Source: Squalus acanthias (taxonomy: Eukaryota). Taken from it: a DNA stretch of 64,000 nucleotides. The stretch is taken from NCBI GenBank assembly GCA_030390025.1, contig JASTWF010000036.1, positions 2,294,001 through 2,358,000 of the forward strand. Reading direction: 5' to 3'. The notes below the pieces were generated by a model that saw nothing but the letters and a program-made list of their open reading frames with translations, searched no databases and was not told the origin of the DNA. This document shows positions 26,065 to 39,018 of this stretch, piece by piece; positions within the stretch are counted from its first letter, which is position 1, and each line of letters opens with the position of its first letter. Position numbers and translations under genes: made by a program.

Positions 26065-27523
26065 AATTCTACAACACGATGTAAAAGACTTCCCATTTCA
26101 AGGAGAAAATTCATCCCTTCCCTCCTCCATTGCAGAATGGCTCAACTGGTTCCTGAAAGCTTCGACATGTAACTCTGTAATGGGTCCATTCCTAAATCAT
26201 CAAACCCCAATTACTCAATGACAGCAATGGTGCCATTTTTATGTTGAATAACTTACTCCGTGACCAACAACAAGCAGGTGGAGGAACATATAGTGAAAAG
26301 GAAGCGGATCCAGTGTGAAATATAATGATGTTCACAACATTTTCACGATTTTGCTGTAAATAGCGCATCTCTTCTACTCCCTGTGATTTAATATATATAT
26401 GCAGCTAGTGTCCATTCCTTGTCCAGCACACTTCTTTCCTGTTGCACCTCTTTGTCAGACTTCAGGTGCCATATTCAAATTTCCATGTCACACTTCAAAA
26501 TAAAGTAGAGCTAAACATTGGCAGCCTTTTGACAGGAACCAGAATCTCTGTAACCTCTGAGTGACCTGACCAAACCCCATTAAACCAAACCAGGGTTGTG
26601 ACCTGCAGCCTCAAGAGCAATTAGACTCTGTCCTCACCCGGTGTTTACTTAACAGCATGAGACATTTGTGGCCTTAAATGGTCACAGCTTCACCTTAGCA
26701 GCAGAATAATACAGGTTGTAGCTTCCGACTTACCGTGAGCAATGCCAATGGAGATCTTCTAGTTTACGCAGAGAAGCGAATGCTTCAATTAAACGGTGTA
26801 CCCACCACAATTAAACAGTCAGGGATGACTATTTCAATCAGTAATTTATTTTTTGTACCTCTCTCCTAATCTTCTTGGTTTTTGTTAAAAAAACAGCTTC
26901 GTTTCGGGAGAATTAATGGGATTCGATATATTCAAAAAAAATAAATGATGAATAATTTGATGCTCAGCCTTTGGACTGCACCTTCAGTGATATCCAATTT
27001 ATCATCATTTTGTCAGTCAGACTAATTATGCATTGAAGGAGCAATGATTTAGCTCAGTTAGTTTAAAGTGGAATAAAGTTAGTTTGACAATCAGTTAATT
27101 CTATCAGTACTTTCTCACAAAAGAAGAAAAGAATCATGATGACCTTGTATTCCACATTCGACACAGTTACCAAGGCCCTGGCATAATTAATCACCGGGGA
27201 TATTTATCAAGGTGAGCTCAGCCTCTGAAGGCTGAGATTCGGATGCTGCCTTGTTCACAGAATTGCTTTTAACAGCAGCAGTAAGCAATACAAAGAAAGC
27301 AGCGGCTCCCAGCTAACTGTGCAGCCGCGGCCAGCCTGTCCAAGGCTGTGTTCAGACACACACATTGCCACCTTCAAGCATGTGGGACACTGGTAATTGC
27401 CTGACTCTGATGTAACCCCTGGGACAAAGAAAAGGAAAATTCTAATTGTGTTATAATTCTAAATTATATGCGCAAGGATGAATAGATAATGGGCAGGTTT
27501 GTGCGCCCACCCCATTGTTGGGT

Positions 27524-28222
27524 ACATAAGAACTAGGAGTAGGAGTAGGCCATTCGGCCCCTCGAACCTGCTCCACCATTCAATAAGATCATGGCTGAAC
27601 TTTGACCTCAACTCCACTTCCCTGCACTATCCCCATATAAGAACATAAGAACATAAGAACATAAGAAGTAGGAGCAGGAGTCGGCCATACGGCCCCTCGG
27701 GCCTGCTCCGCCATTCAATAGGATCATGGCTGATCCGAACCTAGACTCACGTCCACTTCCCTGCCCGCTCCCCATAACCCTTCATTCCCTTATCAGCTAG
27801 GAAACTGTCTATCTCCGTTTTAAATTTATTTAATGTCGCAGCTTCCACAGCTCTCTGAGGTAGCAAATTCCATAGATTTACTACTCTCTGAGTGAAGAAG
27901 TTTCTCCTCATCTCAGTTTTGAAACGGCAGCCCCTTATTCTAAGATTATGCCCCCTAGTTCTAGTCTCACCCATCAGTGGAAACATCCTCCCCACCTCCA
28001 CCTTGATTCCCCGAGAGTCCAAAAATCTATCTATCTCAACCTTGAATATACTCAACGACTGAGCCTCCACAGCCCTCTGGGGCAGAGAATTCCAAAGATT
28101 CACCACCCTCTGAGTGAAGAAATTCCTCCTCATCTCAGTTCTAAATGGCCGACCCCTTATCCTGAGACAATGCCCCCTGGTTCCAGACTCTCCAGCCAGG
28201 GGAAACAACCTCTCAGCATCTA
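27524..28222 (-). mobile_element. CR1 3' end nested in another CR1 3' end
   Basis: Outer copy (27524-27637 plus ~28001-28222) interrupted by an inner copy with a (TTCTTATG)3 tail at ~27638-28000; the ORF track shows RTRGH..FFTQRVVNLWN twice. Confidence 0.85.
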
Positions 28223-28705
28223 AGTACAGTTCCACAGGTGCTGGCAGTTCTCCAGTACTTTGTCCAAATGGCCATTCTTTACGCGTGAGCCTAGACAGTG
28301 AATTTTGGCAGATTATTCAACCACGGGTTGATGACTTAGTGAGTAAAGGCACTGCCCGGTGTAGTAAAATGCCATACAAGTCTAATGGCACCTGTGGAAC
28401 CTAATACCAGTGAGAGATCCCAGTGAGATTCAGGGTTTTCCGGAGGGGAGAGGAAGAAACTGGGGCTAATGGGGTTGGGGGGTGGGGGGGTGGGGGGGGG
28501 GGGAAGAAGGGTGAAGCACGGAGTAGGTCACAACCAAACCCGATTTTGCCCTCGCCCGTGTCAACAGGCGTTAGGCCCCTAATTAACATATGCAAGGGCC
28601 TGTTTTAGGCGGCTACCAGGGACACCTAATAAAATGGGCCCGACGAATTTAGCAGTGGGTTGAATGACTGCGCAGATTGGCCAGAGTTACACCTGGTTTA
28701 CACTT

Positions 28706-29207
28706 GAGGTCATCCAAAACTCGGCTGCCCATGTCCCGTTCGCCCATCACCCCTGTGCTCGCTGACCTACATTGGCTCCTGGTTAAGCAGCGCCTCGATT
28801 TCAAAATTCTCATCCTTGTTTTCAAATCCCTCCATGGCCTCGCTCCTCCCTATCTCTGTAATCTCCTTCAGCCCCACAGCCCCCCCGAGATATCTGCGCT
28901 CCTCTAATTCTGCCCTCTTGAGCATCCCTGATTATAATCGCTCAACCATTGGTGGCCGTGCCTTCTGCTGCCTGGGCCCTAAGTTCTGGAATTCCCTCCC
29001 TAAACCTCTCCGCCTCGCTACCTCTCTTTCCTCCTTTAAGACGCTCCTTAAAACCTACCTCTTTGACCAAGCTTTTGGTCACCTGCCCTAATTTATCCTT
29101 ATGTGGATTGGTGTCAAATTTTTTGTCTTAAAATACTCCTCTGCAGCGCCTTGGGACGTTTTACTACGTTAAAGGCACTATATAAATATAAGTTGTTGTT
29201 GTTGTTG
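28706..29207 (+). mobile_element. L2 LINE 3' end
   Basis: LADLHWL.VKQRLDFKIL; GGRAFCCLGPK; (TTG)n tail. Confidence 0.9.
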
Positions 29208-29498
29208 AAAAACAGGCGCAAAGCAGATCAAATTTCTACCCCTGCAGTCTTTTACAGTCCTCCACACTGTTTGCCAAATCCCTCACTTTTGTGTCCTAAG
29301 CAAATTTTGAGACCGTGCCCAAATCATCGATATATACCAAGAACAAAAGCAGACCGAACACTGACCCCTGGGGTACACCATTCCCAACCCTTCTCCAATC
29401 CAAGCAACCACCCATTTACCCCAACTCATTTTCTATTCCTGCTCTGACGTTTCCTCTTGTACACTTGAATTTCTCTGTCCAGCCTCTTGTGAAACTCA

Positions 29499-30098
29499 GT
29501 GGGTGAAATTCAACTTCGGCAGAGGCACAAATCTGGCGGTCGAAGATCAGCAGCCTGTTATACACCAATATATATGGGCAACACGGTGGCATAGTGGTTA
29601 GCACTGGTGCCTCACAGCGCCAGGGACCCGGGTTCGAATCTGACCTCGGGTGACTGTCTGTGTGGAGTTTGCACATTCTCCCCGTGTCTGCGTGGGTTTC
29701 CTCCGGGTGCTCCGGTTTCCTCCTACAGTCCAAAAATGTGCAGGTTAGGTTGATTTGGCTATGATAAATTGACCCTTAGTGTTAGGGGGGGATTAAATAT
29801 GTGGGGTTATGGGGATAGGATGGGATATGTTAGGGGGAATTAAATACGTGGGGTTATGGGGGGATATGTGTACTGTGGGGATTAAAGCAGGGACAGGGTA
29901 CTGGACTTGGATGATCAGCCATGATCGTATTGAATGGTGGAGCAGGCTCGATGGGCCGAATGGCCTACTCCTGCTCCTAGATTCTATGTTTCTATGTTTA
30001 ATATTATCAATGGGAGGAAAAGTCGGGCGGGATGGATAATGGGCCGTCAATCCGCTACTGCCCATTCTGTGCCCTTGCCGGAGTTGAATTCCACCCCC
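29499..30098. mobile_element. short palindromic MITE interrupted by a V-SINE
   Basis: Inverted ends GGGTGAAATTCAACTTCGGCA / TGCCGGAGTTGAATTCCACCC. Confidence 0.65.
29576..29999 (+). mobile_element. HE1-like V-SINE
   Basis: Nearly identical to 2378-2808 and 46565-46988; A/B boxes, V-domain, CR1-type tail. Confidence 0.92.
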
Positions 30099-30274
30099 AC
30101 CTTATCGAACACCTTCTGAAAATTCATACATACTTTAATTGGCTCAGATAACCTCCTTAACTCACTGAATTTTGCCTTTCTCCAGTTCAGCTTTTGCTAG
30201 TTTTCTAGACTAGTATGTCAGTATGATTCACTTACATTCAATGCTGGATTATTAGGAACCCAAACAATATAGAA

Positions 30275-30650
30275 AGAAAAGACTTGAATTTATTATCACC
30301 TTATCACATCTCTCAGAATCATCTCAAAAGTCCTTCACATACACCAGAATTTCACAGCACAGAAGGAGGCCTTTGCGCCTGAGCTGGTTCTTTGAAAGAG
30401 CTATCCACAAAGTCCCAGTTACCTGAAATGCAATGACTGTTATGCAAGCAAATTCAGCAGCCATTTTATGCAGCCAAATTCAGCAGCCATTTTATGCAGC
30501 CAAATTCGGCAGCCATTTTATGTCCAGCAAGATCTCACAGACAGACTTGAAATGAATGACCATTTAATTGGTTTTCGATGATGTTGGTTGAGGGAAAGAT
30601 GTTGGCCAGGACACCCTGCTCTTTTTTAAATAGCGCTATGGGATCTTTAG
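30275..30650 (-). mobile_element. degenerate DeuSINE containing a CR1 tail fragment and a 26-bp x3 tandem (~30447-30525)
   Basis: AAGACTTG..; ATGTTGGTTGAGGGA; CCCTGCTCTT; AAATTCAGCAGCCATTTTATG repeated three times. Confidence 0.65.
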
Positions 30651-30771
30651 AGAGATTCAAAGAGATTTCTGAGCAGACTGGTCACAGTTGTTTTCAGAAG
30701 CTTAGCTTGCTCAAATACGCTACACGCCCCTTTAAAAGCTGGCATAGTTGAGGGAAGATTTGAGACAGAAT

Positions 30772-30910
30772 GGGGGTAAAATTTAACTATGGTGGGTGCG
30801 AGAATGGGCAGTAGAGGATCGGACGCCCATTCTACACCCCGACCGATTTTCCTTTTCATCGGCTACTGTCCCTTTCGCGCCCCTAGCAAAGCTGAATTTT
30901 ACCCCCCCCC
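30772..30910. mobile_element. 139-bp Harbinger-type MITE
   Basis: TIR GGGGGTAAAATT / AATTTTACCCCC (C-run expanded); TSD AAT at 30769-30771 and 30911-30913. Confidence 0.75.
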
Positions 30911-31149
30911 AATTCGAATTATTTTGCAGTAACGTTGGCTATTCCAGAACCTAGCATCGGGATGGTACTGCTTTCTGTTATCTTTTCACCATTAGTTTAA
31001 ATGACAAAATTTGATTCATGCTCTGGTCCATCTCGCAGTACCTGGAGTGAAGCTTATATAACTGAAGATTTCGTTATAAGCCAAGCAAAAACTATTATAT
31101 TTTTGTACGCAATAGGGGCTGAAAGTGGGAATAGAAAGTAGTGGGCTAA

Positions 31150-31547
31150 AAAAAAGACTTGCCTTTCTATAGCCTATTTCACAACCTCAGGATGTCTCAG
31201 TGCTTTAAAGCCAATGAAATACTTTTTTGAAGTGTAGTCACTGTTGTAATGTAGGAACCATGGCAGCCAATTTGCGCACAGCAAGCTCCCACGAACAGCA
31301 ATGTGATAATCACCAGATCATCTGTTTTTAGATATTGATTGAGGGATAAATATTGACCAGGACACTGGGGGAGAACTCCCCTGCTCTTCTTCGAAATAGT
31401 GCCATAGGATCTCTTACATCCACCTGAGAGGGCAGTCAGGGCCTCAATTTAACTCGCTCAGTGCTGCACTGGAGTGTCAGCTTTGAAGTCCCTGGAGTGG
31501 GACTTGAACCCACAATCTTCCGACTCACTGAGCCAAGGCTGACACCT
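31150..31547 (-). mobile_element. DeuSINE (SacSINE1-like) with internal deletion
   Basis: Reverse complement of the 35001-35460 pattern. Confidence 0.85.
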
Positions 31548-33009
31548 GACAAGGCTAGCCGACATGCACTGGGTTAAAAGTGCAAGTGTGGCCTCTGTTT
31601 ATTTGTAAAAGTGCAGACATAACCTAACTGTTCATACCAGTCACCTCAAGCCCTTCACAGTACTGAGAGAAAGGCAGTGTGGAGATGACTACTGTGCTTG
31701 CACCACCTAGTGGGCATGTTTTAACAACTCTCTTTCGGTTCTGGTCAAGGTAAGACTCCCACTTTCTTTTTAAGTCATTTTCTCTCCCTTATCCTCCTCT
31801 CCCTGCCATTAGGCCTCCTGTGCCATCACTGGTCGAGAGGGCTGACAGACAACCAGACCTCTCCTCACTGAAACCAGCCACGAGAATGTGCACATGAATG
31901 GCTCGGGATGCCACTCTTCCTCATCCCTTCCCGGGAAAAGCTTTGTCCCTTCCCACTGCTTCCACAGAGCAATGCAGCTCATCACCTCAGTGCAAGAATG
32001 ATGCCAGGCCCCAGGTCTTAATGCCCAGTGACAGCTCTCTGATGTCCCAATCCACTGCACCAGCCAACCTCCCCAGTCTAACACCTTTCCAGTCAAGTCT
32101 ATGTAGGCACAATCTGAAAGGCCTCGTTGAAATGGGTTGGTTCAGTTTCTGTCCAATTGTGCACTGCAAGACTTTTAAAAGTCCTTGACCTAAGTCTTAA
32201 GCACCTAGAGGTAACATGTGCTTTGAAGCCAGATTTCAACTTTCAAAATGTGGACACCTCGCAGATCCCACATGCTGTCCACACAACATTCAAATCGTGT
32301 TTTATTAATAACTTCACTCCTGATAATTCAGTTTGCAAGACAACATACCAAAGTGTATGACGTAAATGTTCGTACATATATTGGAACATGGCGCATAGAC
32401 AGACATTGTATTCTTTTTTAAGCTATTCTGTGCAGGGGACTCGCTGTAAACACTGACACAACCCTCTGGATTTCCTTCAAATAATTACAAGCTCCCAGGT
32501 ACCCCCTGCAAATATTGCCACAGCCCTGGGGGCCCCCTGTAAATACTGATACATTCAGCCTCACATATGGGGCCCTTGGACAAGGTAGTTAAATGCTGTT
32601 TCCACCACCTGCCTTTGCTGCCCTTGGAACCATACCCCCAAACCCTGACCGTCGGGAGGAGGGAAGGGAAAAACTGGAGAAGAAAAACAAAACAAAAACA
32701 TGTTATGGACATATGTCCCATTCATTTCCTGACATCTGGTGTGCACGTGAAGGCAGAAACCCTATTGACAGATGTCTGGTAGAGAAATGTTGATCAGAAA
32801 TTCAATTGTCTTGATATCCCATTTTATTGATTAATCCATTGAAATAAATCAAGAGTCAAAAAACAAACTGGACAATTTTATCAATGCTGTTAAACAACAC
32901 TTTGACGACCGTTTGTCCTGAATTGGCTATTGTAGAGGTTGACCACACCACCCTGGTCAGAAGTCCAAAGTGCAGGCATTGGTGATCCCCCTGGTTGGGC
33001 TGAGACTAT

Positions 33010-33848
33010 GGGCTGGATTTTGCCAATGGGGAGCTTTTGGAGGCGGGACTCCCACTAGTCGGGTTTCAATCCCGCCTCCATCAACTTCTGGCCAACCCAC
33101 GCTATTTTCCCTTGATTGACCTTGTTAAGCCCACCCAGTGGGTTTAGCAGGCCAATTAAGGGAAAGCCGGTTACAGAGAACGTCAGCGTGTGACGTTTCA
33201 TCTGTCAAAACATTTTTTGACAGATGAATTGTCATCGTTTGACAGCTCTGTGAAGCTGTCAAACACTGACATTCTCTGCAGTTTGATGAGGTCTTGAATT
33301 CAAGATCTCATCAAACCTCTTTCTTTAGCAGAAATTAGATGGTTGTTGCATTGGAGAATGCAGCGACCATCTGTCATCTCTGCCGCGGAGGTGCGAGACT
33401 CTCTGCATACCCACCGACTGAAGCCTGCAGGAAGAAACAAAGGTAAGTAAACTTTTTGTAACACTTTGCACTTACCTCACATACTCACCTCTCCACACTT
33501 GCACCCATCACTCACCTCCACAGCGCACTCTTGGACCCCGCAGACCCACTGCTCGCCTCGGTGACCCTGGCGGGTTTCAGAGCCTTCGGGAAGCCCGCAC
33601 TTGTGTGGGTAAAATGGGGATAATCCTCTTATCTGCCTGTTAACGACCTGTTAACAGGCAGTTAAATGGCTGTAATCCCCTTCCCGCCTCCAAGGAGACG
33701 GGACCCGGCGCGGGACGGCTACCCGCCTCCTGGCAAGATGGCACGGAGGCGGGTTGGGGGTGGGTTGGGCCCCCGCCCCCAGATTCTGCCATTTTCCCGG
33801 CAGTCCCGCCTCCAAACCCGCCTCCCCAGGGCTGGCAAGATCGCGCCC
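33010..33848. mobile_element. Harbinger-type MITE related to family B, opposite orientation
   Basis: Imperfect TIR GGGCTGGATTTTGCC / GGCAAGATCGCGCCC; shares GATTGACCTTGTTAAGCC and TTAACAGGCAG with family B. Confidence 0.7.
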
Positions 33849-35000
33849 TGAGCAACACTGAGGAGCAAGGGTGCTTTTCCCCTACTTGCTCAGTAAAATG
33901 GACTTCATACTCACCGTTACAGTGCATGGGATTGGGTGCAGGTCTCTCCCTCTCGCCCAGACTAATAGTTGCTCCCAAAAGCCGCCACGGAAAATCCATT
34001 TCTTTGGAAACTTCAAATGTCCTGTCACGCAATCAAGTCTTGAATATTTTATTAGGTGATTATAATAAATGTAACGGCCAATGAGGGATCACAAAAACGA
34101 CTTTGCATAGAAAATATAAGTACCGTACTTTCTTAGCGGGGACAGCGGATATCAAAATCTTCGCAAGTTCTCTACAAAAACAATAGTCGAGGAAAACCCA
34201 CATCTGTAGGTTGGAAACATCTGGTGAGACAGCTGCAGCTGGAAAGCAATCTCAGCCATGTTGTGGCAGCCAATTCAGGCTCCATTTCAACCAGGATAAA
34301 ACCCAAAAACCTCACTTTCGTTACGCAAGGAAACCGAGAAACAAATCCTGCTGAATTGCCTGAATCTGGGGCTATTTTCTGAGTGATATGGTACCAGCAA
34401 AGCTCTTCAAGTCTTTTGGCTAAACAAACAAAACATTTCAGCAACATTTAATATACATACTGAATAAAATCTCATTCACATCTGGTGCTAATAGGGCCTG
34501 TACATCTCAATATTAATTTCTCTGCATGTACAGTGCCCACCAGATAAAAGATAATAATTAGGTTACATTTGGATCTCTAGACTTTTTCATCTCAAAGATC
34601 AAGACCATCTGCCCAGCAGCCCCCCTCCCTCACTCCCACGTATCACTCTGTATTTTCTTCCCCATCTCCCGCCAGGCTTCACGAGGCTTACCTGCTCCAC
34701 ATAAAATGCATCCAGTTGTCCTCAATCACCTCTCGACCCAATGCATCATTACACAACTATCCCTCTTTGGCCCAATGCTCAGCGACATGGTCACTGGTTC
34801 CCTCTCTTCAGGCTCTCTACCCCCTGTATGTCCAGAGAAGTTACTTAGAAGGGTAAATGAAGCCCTTATGGGCTCCACTGGTTATGGTCTCTATGTTGCA
34901 TTATATCCTCATTACCAAACCCACTTTGTTATGCTTCATCCCCACAGCCGCCCCCTCCCCCGCCCGTTTAAATTGTAAATACATTTTTAAGTTGCTTTAA

Positions 35001-35460
35001 GTGTCAGCTGTGGCTCAGTTGGTAGCACTCTCGCCTCTGAATCAGAAGGTTGTGGGTTCGAAATCCCACTCCAGAAAATCTAGGCTGACACTCCAGTGCA
35101 GTGCTGAGGGAGTGCTGCACTGTCGGAGGTGCCGTCTTTCGGATGAGACGTTAAACCGAGGCCCCGTCTGCTCTCTCAGGTGGAGGTAAAAGATCCCATG
35201 GCACTATTTCAAAGACGAGCAGGGGAGTTATCCCCGGTGTCCTGGACAATATTTATCCCTCAACCAACATCTCTTTAAAAAAAAACAGATGATCTGGTCA
35301 TTATCACATTGCTGTTTGTGGGAGCTTGCTGTGCGCAAATTGGCTGGCGCGTTTCCCACATTACAACAGTGACTCCACTTCAAAAAGTACCTCATTGGCT
35401 GTAAAGCGCTTTGGGACGTCCTAAGGTTGTGAAAGGTGCTATAGAAATGCAAGTCTTTTT
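35001..35460 (+). mobile_element. DeuSINE (SacSINE1-like), full length
   Basis: GTGTCAGCTGTGGCTCAGTTGGTAGCAC head, Deu domain, ..GCTATAGAAATGCAAGTC tail. Confidence 0.9.
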
Positions 35461-36291
35461 TTAACTAGTAAATACCCCTGGTCTGCATTTGATATTTTAA
35501 CAATTCAAACAGAGTTGTATCTTAGTACAAATCAATTGGTTAATCCAGTAGCTAGGTTACTGCCTGTCACAATGTAGGGTTCTCCAGATTGTTTTTCTGG
35601 TGTCCAGCACAAACATCAGCTCCCACAGGATGGCCCAGCTGAAATGAGAATACGGGATAGTATTCCCCAGGCGCACAATAGGCCCGTCTATTATCTCTAG
35701 ATTTACATGTAGGATTCCCACCACACATCACGTTGGAGGATAATTAATGTCAGTCACATGCTTTCATGCCAGACTAAACTACTGGGCTGGTTCGCTCACA
35801 GATAGAGACAGTTGCAGAAGTAAATAGCAACAGAAAACATTGAAATCAATCCAAATAACACAGCAGCCTTGAAGCCATTCACGAAAGGGTTAAACAGATA
35901 AACCCATCCAGTTTTGGGCTGGACAGTCTGGTTTTCTGGCTGTCTGGAAAGATTTTAAGTGGTAAACAGGACACCATACATCTGGTTTATATAATAGAAG
36001 TCCATTTATTTTCCCACTTGCTTCAGTATCCCATGACGGTGAGCCGGGGGTGAGGAAGAATTGCCCAGAGTGCTATGTGTAGCAAAATCATAGCCATGTT
36101 CCTCCCCATGAGGTGGAAACATTAATTATTGAGGTTATGAAGCATTTCGATTAATTTTCATTATCAGCAAAAATAATCACAGAACTCAAGCCATAACCTC
36201 ACTGTTTGTTCAGGTTTGGACTTGGCAAAAGGGTGGCACCATCATGGAAGACACTCCAAATAACAGTGATACCAGGTGAAAGTGTTGAATA

Positions 36292-37254
36292 CAATAGCAA
36301 AATACTGCGGATGCTGGAAATCTGAAATAACAACAGAAAATGCTGGAAACACTCAGCAGGTCAGGTAGCATCGAGGAGAGAGAAACAGAGACAACGGCCG
36401 CAATTTTGCCGGCGCTCAGAGAGGCGGGTCAGAGGTTAAAGTCCTATTGATTGACAGCGGGTCCTGAACCTGCCGTCAACCCGCCTCCAAATAGCCTTCC
36501 CAAGTGTCGGGTCCCCGATTTGCGAATGGACCCGACACCTAGCGGCAGGACACAGATTAAAGGTAATTACCTGCCTATTAACAGGTACTTGTCAGTAGTG
36601 TTCAGCCTGTTACTCGATTTTCCCACTTCTGGGTCGGGTTTCACGACGTCCGGACACCACGCCAGGTAAGTGTGGCGTGTTGTGAGTCTGCTGTAATGTT
36701 TGTGGAATGATGACAGCTGCAGAAGTGGTGTGAAGGATGCAATGTTGCACATGGTGAGTTTCAGAGCAAAGAAAATGTTAGTTACTGCATTTTTAAAACA
36801 TATACAGATTTCTTTAGCTTACAAGTTTTTAAATCCATGTCCCGTGCCACCTCATTGGGAGAACCTCTCTCACCAGTGACAGATCGCTTCTGTCACCTCA
36901 CCTGCAGCTGCCATCTATTTCAGCCTATGGAGGGAGTCATTGGAGAGTCTGGGTGCAAGAGTTCACCTTTGTACAGCGATTGTCAGTGTTTTCAGCACCT
37001 CAATGCTGTCAAACACTGAGAAATCAACTGTGCAAATAAAATTGTGCGTGGTCCCTTTAAGGAAACCGGCAGATGACGCGTCATCAAATGACGTCATCAG
37101 ACCCGCTTCCTAACAAGGTCAATCAAGGGAAAATCACGTCTGTGGAGCGGAGGCAGCTGGGGGCGGGACCGCTACCCGGAAAGCAGCTGACCTGCACCCA
37201 TCCCGACACCGAACGCAAAATCACGGCCAACGTTTTGGGTCGAACCCTTCGTCA
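36292..37254 (-). mobile_element. Penelope-like solo terminal repeat with hammerhead motif, interrupted by a MITE
   Basis: 14-bp TSD GAAAGTGTTGAATA at 36278-36291 and 37255-37268; minus strand reads CTGACGA-AGGGT-TCG-ACCC-AAAACGTT; homologous to 40372-40507. Confidence 0.75.
36396..37228. mobile_element. Harbinger-type MITE, family B, copy 2
   Basis: TIR GGCCGCAATTTTGC / GCAAAATCACGGCC; TSD AAC at 36393-36395 and 37229-37231. Confidence 0.85.
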
Positions 37255-37289
37255 GAAAGTGTTGAATAGATGGATTCTGAATATAAGAC

Positions 37290-37603
37290 AAAAGAAAGAC
37301 TTGCATTTCTATAGCACCTTTCACAACCTCAGGACATCCCAATGCACTTTACAGCCAATGAAGTACTTTTTTGAAGTGTAGTCACTGTTGTAATGGAGGA
37401 AAACACAGCAGCCTCCCACAAACAGTAACAACCAGATAATCTGTTTTAGTGATGTTGATTAAGGGGTAAATATTGGGCAGGACACCAGGGATAACTCTGC
37501 TGATCTTCTTCGAAATATTGCCATGGGATCTTTTACATCCTCAAGTTTCTGGAGTGGGACTATGAACACACAACCTTCTGACTCAGAGGCAAGAGTGTTA
37601 CCA
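37290..37603 (-). mobile_element. DeuSINE interrupted in its tRNA head by a Penelope-like element (remainder ~38163-38190)
   Basis: AAGACTTGCATTTCTATAGC tail, Deu-domain pieces, CTTCTGACTCAGAGGCAAGAGTG head. Confidence 0.8.
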
Positions 37604-38162
37604 TGATGTGGAGATGCCGGTGTTGGACTGGGGTGGACAATTGTGAGAAGTCGCACAACACCAGGTTATAGTCCAACAGTTTTATTTGAAATCACAAGCT
37701 TTCGGAGCGCTGCTCCTTCGTCAGGTGAAGTGAAGAGATGCATATAGGCACAGCATATATAGTCAGAGAACACTGCCAGATGATTACAGTTAATCTTTCT
37801 AACTGCCCTTTATCACACATCGGCAGAGAGATAATCACGGCAATCAAAGGTGTGGATGGTGTCCAAACAGGTCAGTCAGGAAAACATTACATCAAAGACA
37901 ATGTGGCAGATGCTGGAGTCTGTGTGGAAAACAAAAAACTTTTTTTGCTGGAAATCACAGCAGGTCCGGCCGCATCTGTGTAGAGAGAACAAGCCAACGA
38001 CGACTCGAGTCTGGATGACTCTACGTCAGGTGGGGTTACATGTAGCGTGACATGAACCCGATATCCCTATTGAGGCCGTCCTCATGGGTGCGGAACTTGG
38101 CTATCAGCTTGTGATTTCAAATAAAACTGTTGGACTATAACCTGGTGTTGTGCGACTTCTCA
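37604..38162 (-). mobile_element. 5'-truncated Penelope-like retroelement with inverted partial terminal repeat
   Basis: TSD CAAGAGTGTTACCA (37590-37603, 38163-38176); 60-bp perfect inverted repeat 37641-37700 / 38106-38165; minus-strand ORF end KLIAKFRTHEDGLNRDIGFMSRYM* (38110-38036) with the GLN motif of PLE GIY-YIG endonucleases. Confidence 0.9.
37692..37728 (-). ncRNA. minimal type I hammerhead ribozyme motif
   Basis: UCAC-CUGACGA-A-GGAGC-AGC-GCUCC-GAA-AGCU-U-GUGA: intact core, helix I 4 bp, helix II 5 bp, palindromic AGCU in place of helix III, CUU triplet. Confidence 0.8.
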
Positions 38163-39018
38163 CAAGAGTGTTACCAACAGAGGCACAGCAGTATTCCACT
38201 GAAAAATCTAATTTGCAGTAGTGAATGATCGCAGTTTATCTGTTCCTATTGGTATCATTAAGACTGCCTCAGTGACTTTTTAGTTATCTTCTTAGCTCAC
38301 ACATCTTTCTTTGTTGCTGTCACATGATGCATACATGCCAACCTGGAAAACCGGCAAAATCTGAGCATCAGCTTCCAAAACTCTGACCTAGTCCCGAAAC
38401 AAGTCCAATGACATGTGAAGACAAGGCGTTAGACTGAAAGTGCAGGGGGACACGGGCTTGTCCTAACCTAAGCTGCAGGAATCCCCAAAATGTCACCATT
38501 TTTATTGCAGAAAAGACCCTAAAATACACAAAGGTGCAGTTTGATTCCGCGGTGGATTTAGAAAGGACTGAAGTGGGATGTGAGTGCTGAGGGCATGAGA
38601 CTTATTTTCTATAGTTGGGGGGTGGGGTGGGGGGGGGGGAGTTTTGGGGGCATGCCCCCGCCCCCAGATTTCTGCCACTTCATTAGGTGCATTTTCTGAC
38701 ATCTGTAATCTGCCTTTTAATCCCAAAGTTACTTCTCCTGGAAGATATTTTAAATATGACAATAAAAGTAATAGTTGGGACTTCAATCCAACTTTACAGG
38801 GCCTAGTACATCATGTTAATTTATGAATTGAAACCCTTCTCCAACACGCACCAAGAATAATGGCAATTGATAGCGCATTCCGCATTCACGGGACAAACCC
38901 GGCTTGCTGTCTCTCTCCTGGACTCCGTGGCAGCCCAGAGGGACAGGCAGGGAGATCATTTGGATTGACAATACGCTGATTACTTGAGTCAATATCATCA
39001 AAACTGAAACTTAGAATG

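Noticed and set aside
29576..29650. tRNA gene (also the heads at 35001 and 39196)
   Set aside because: A/B boxes run straight into SINE bodies; no complete cloverleaf or terminator
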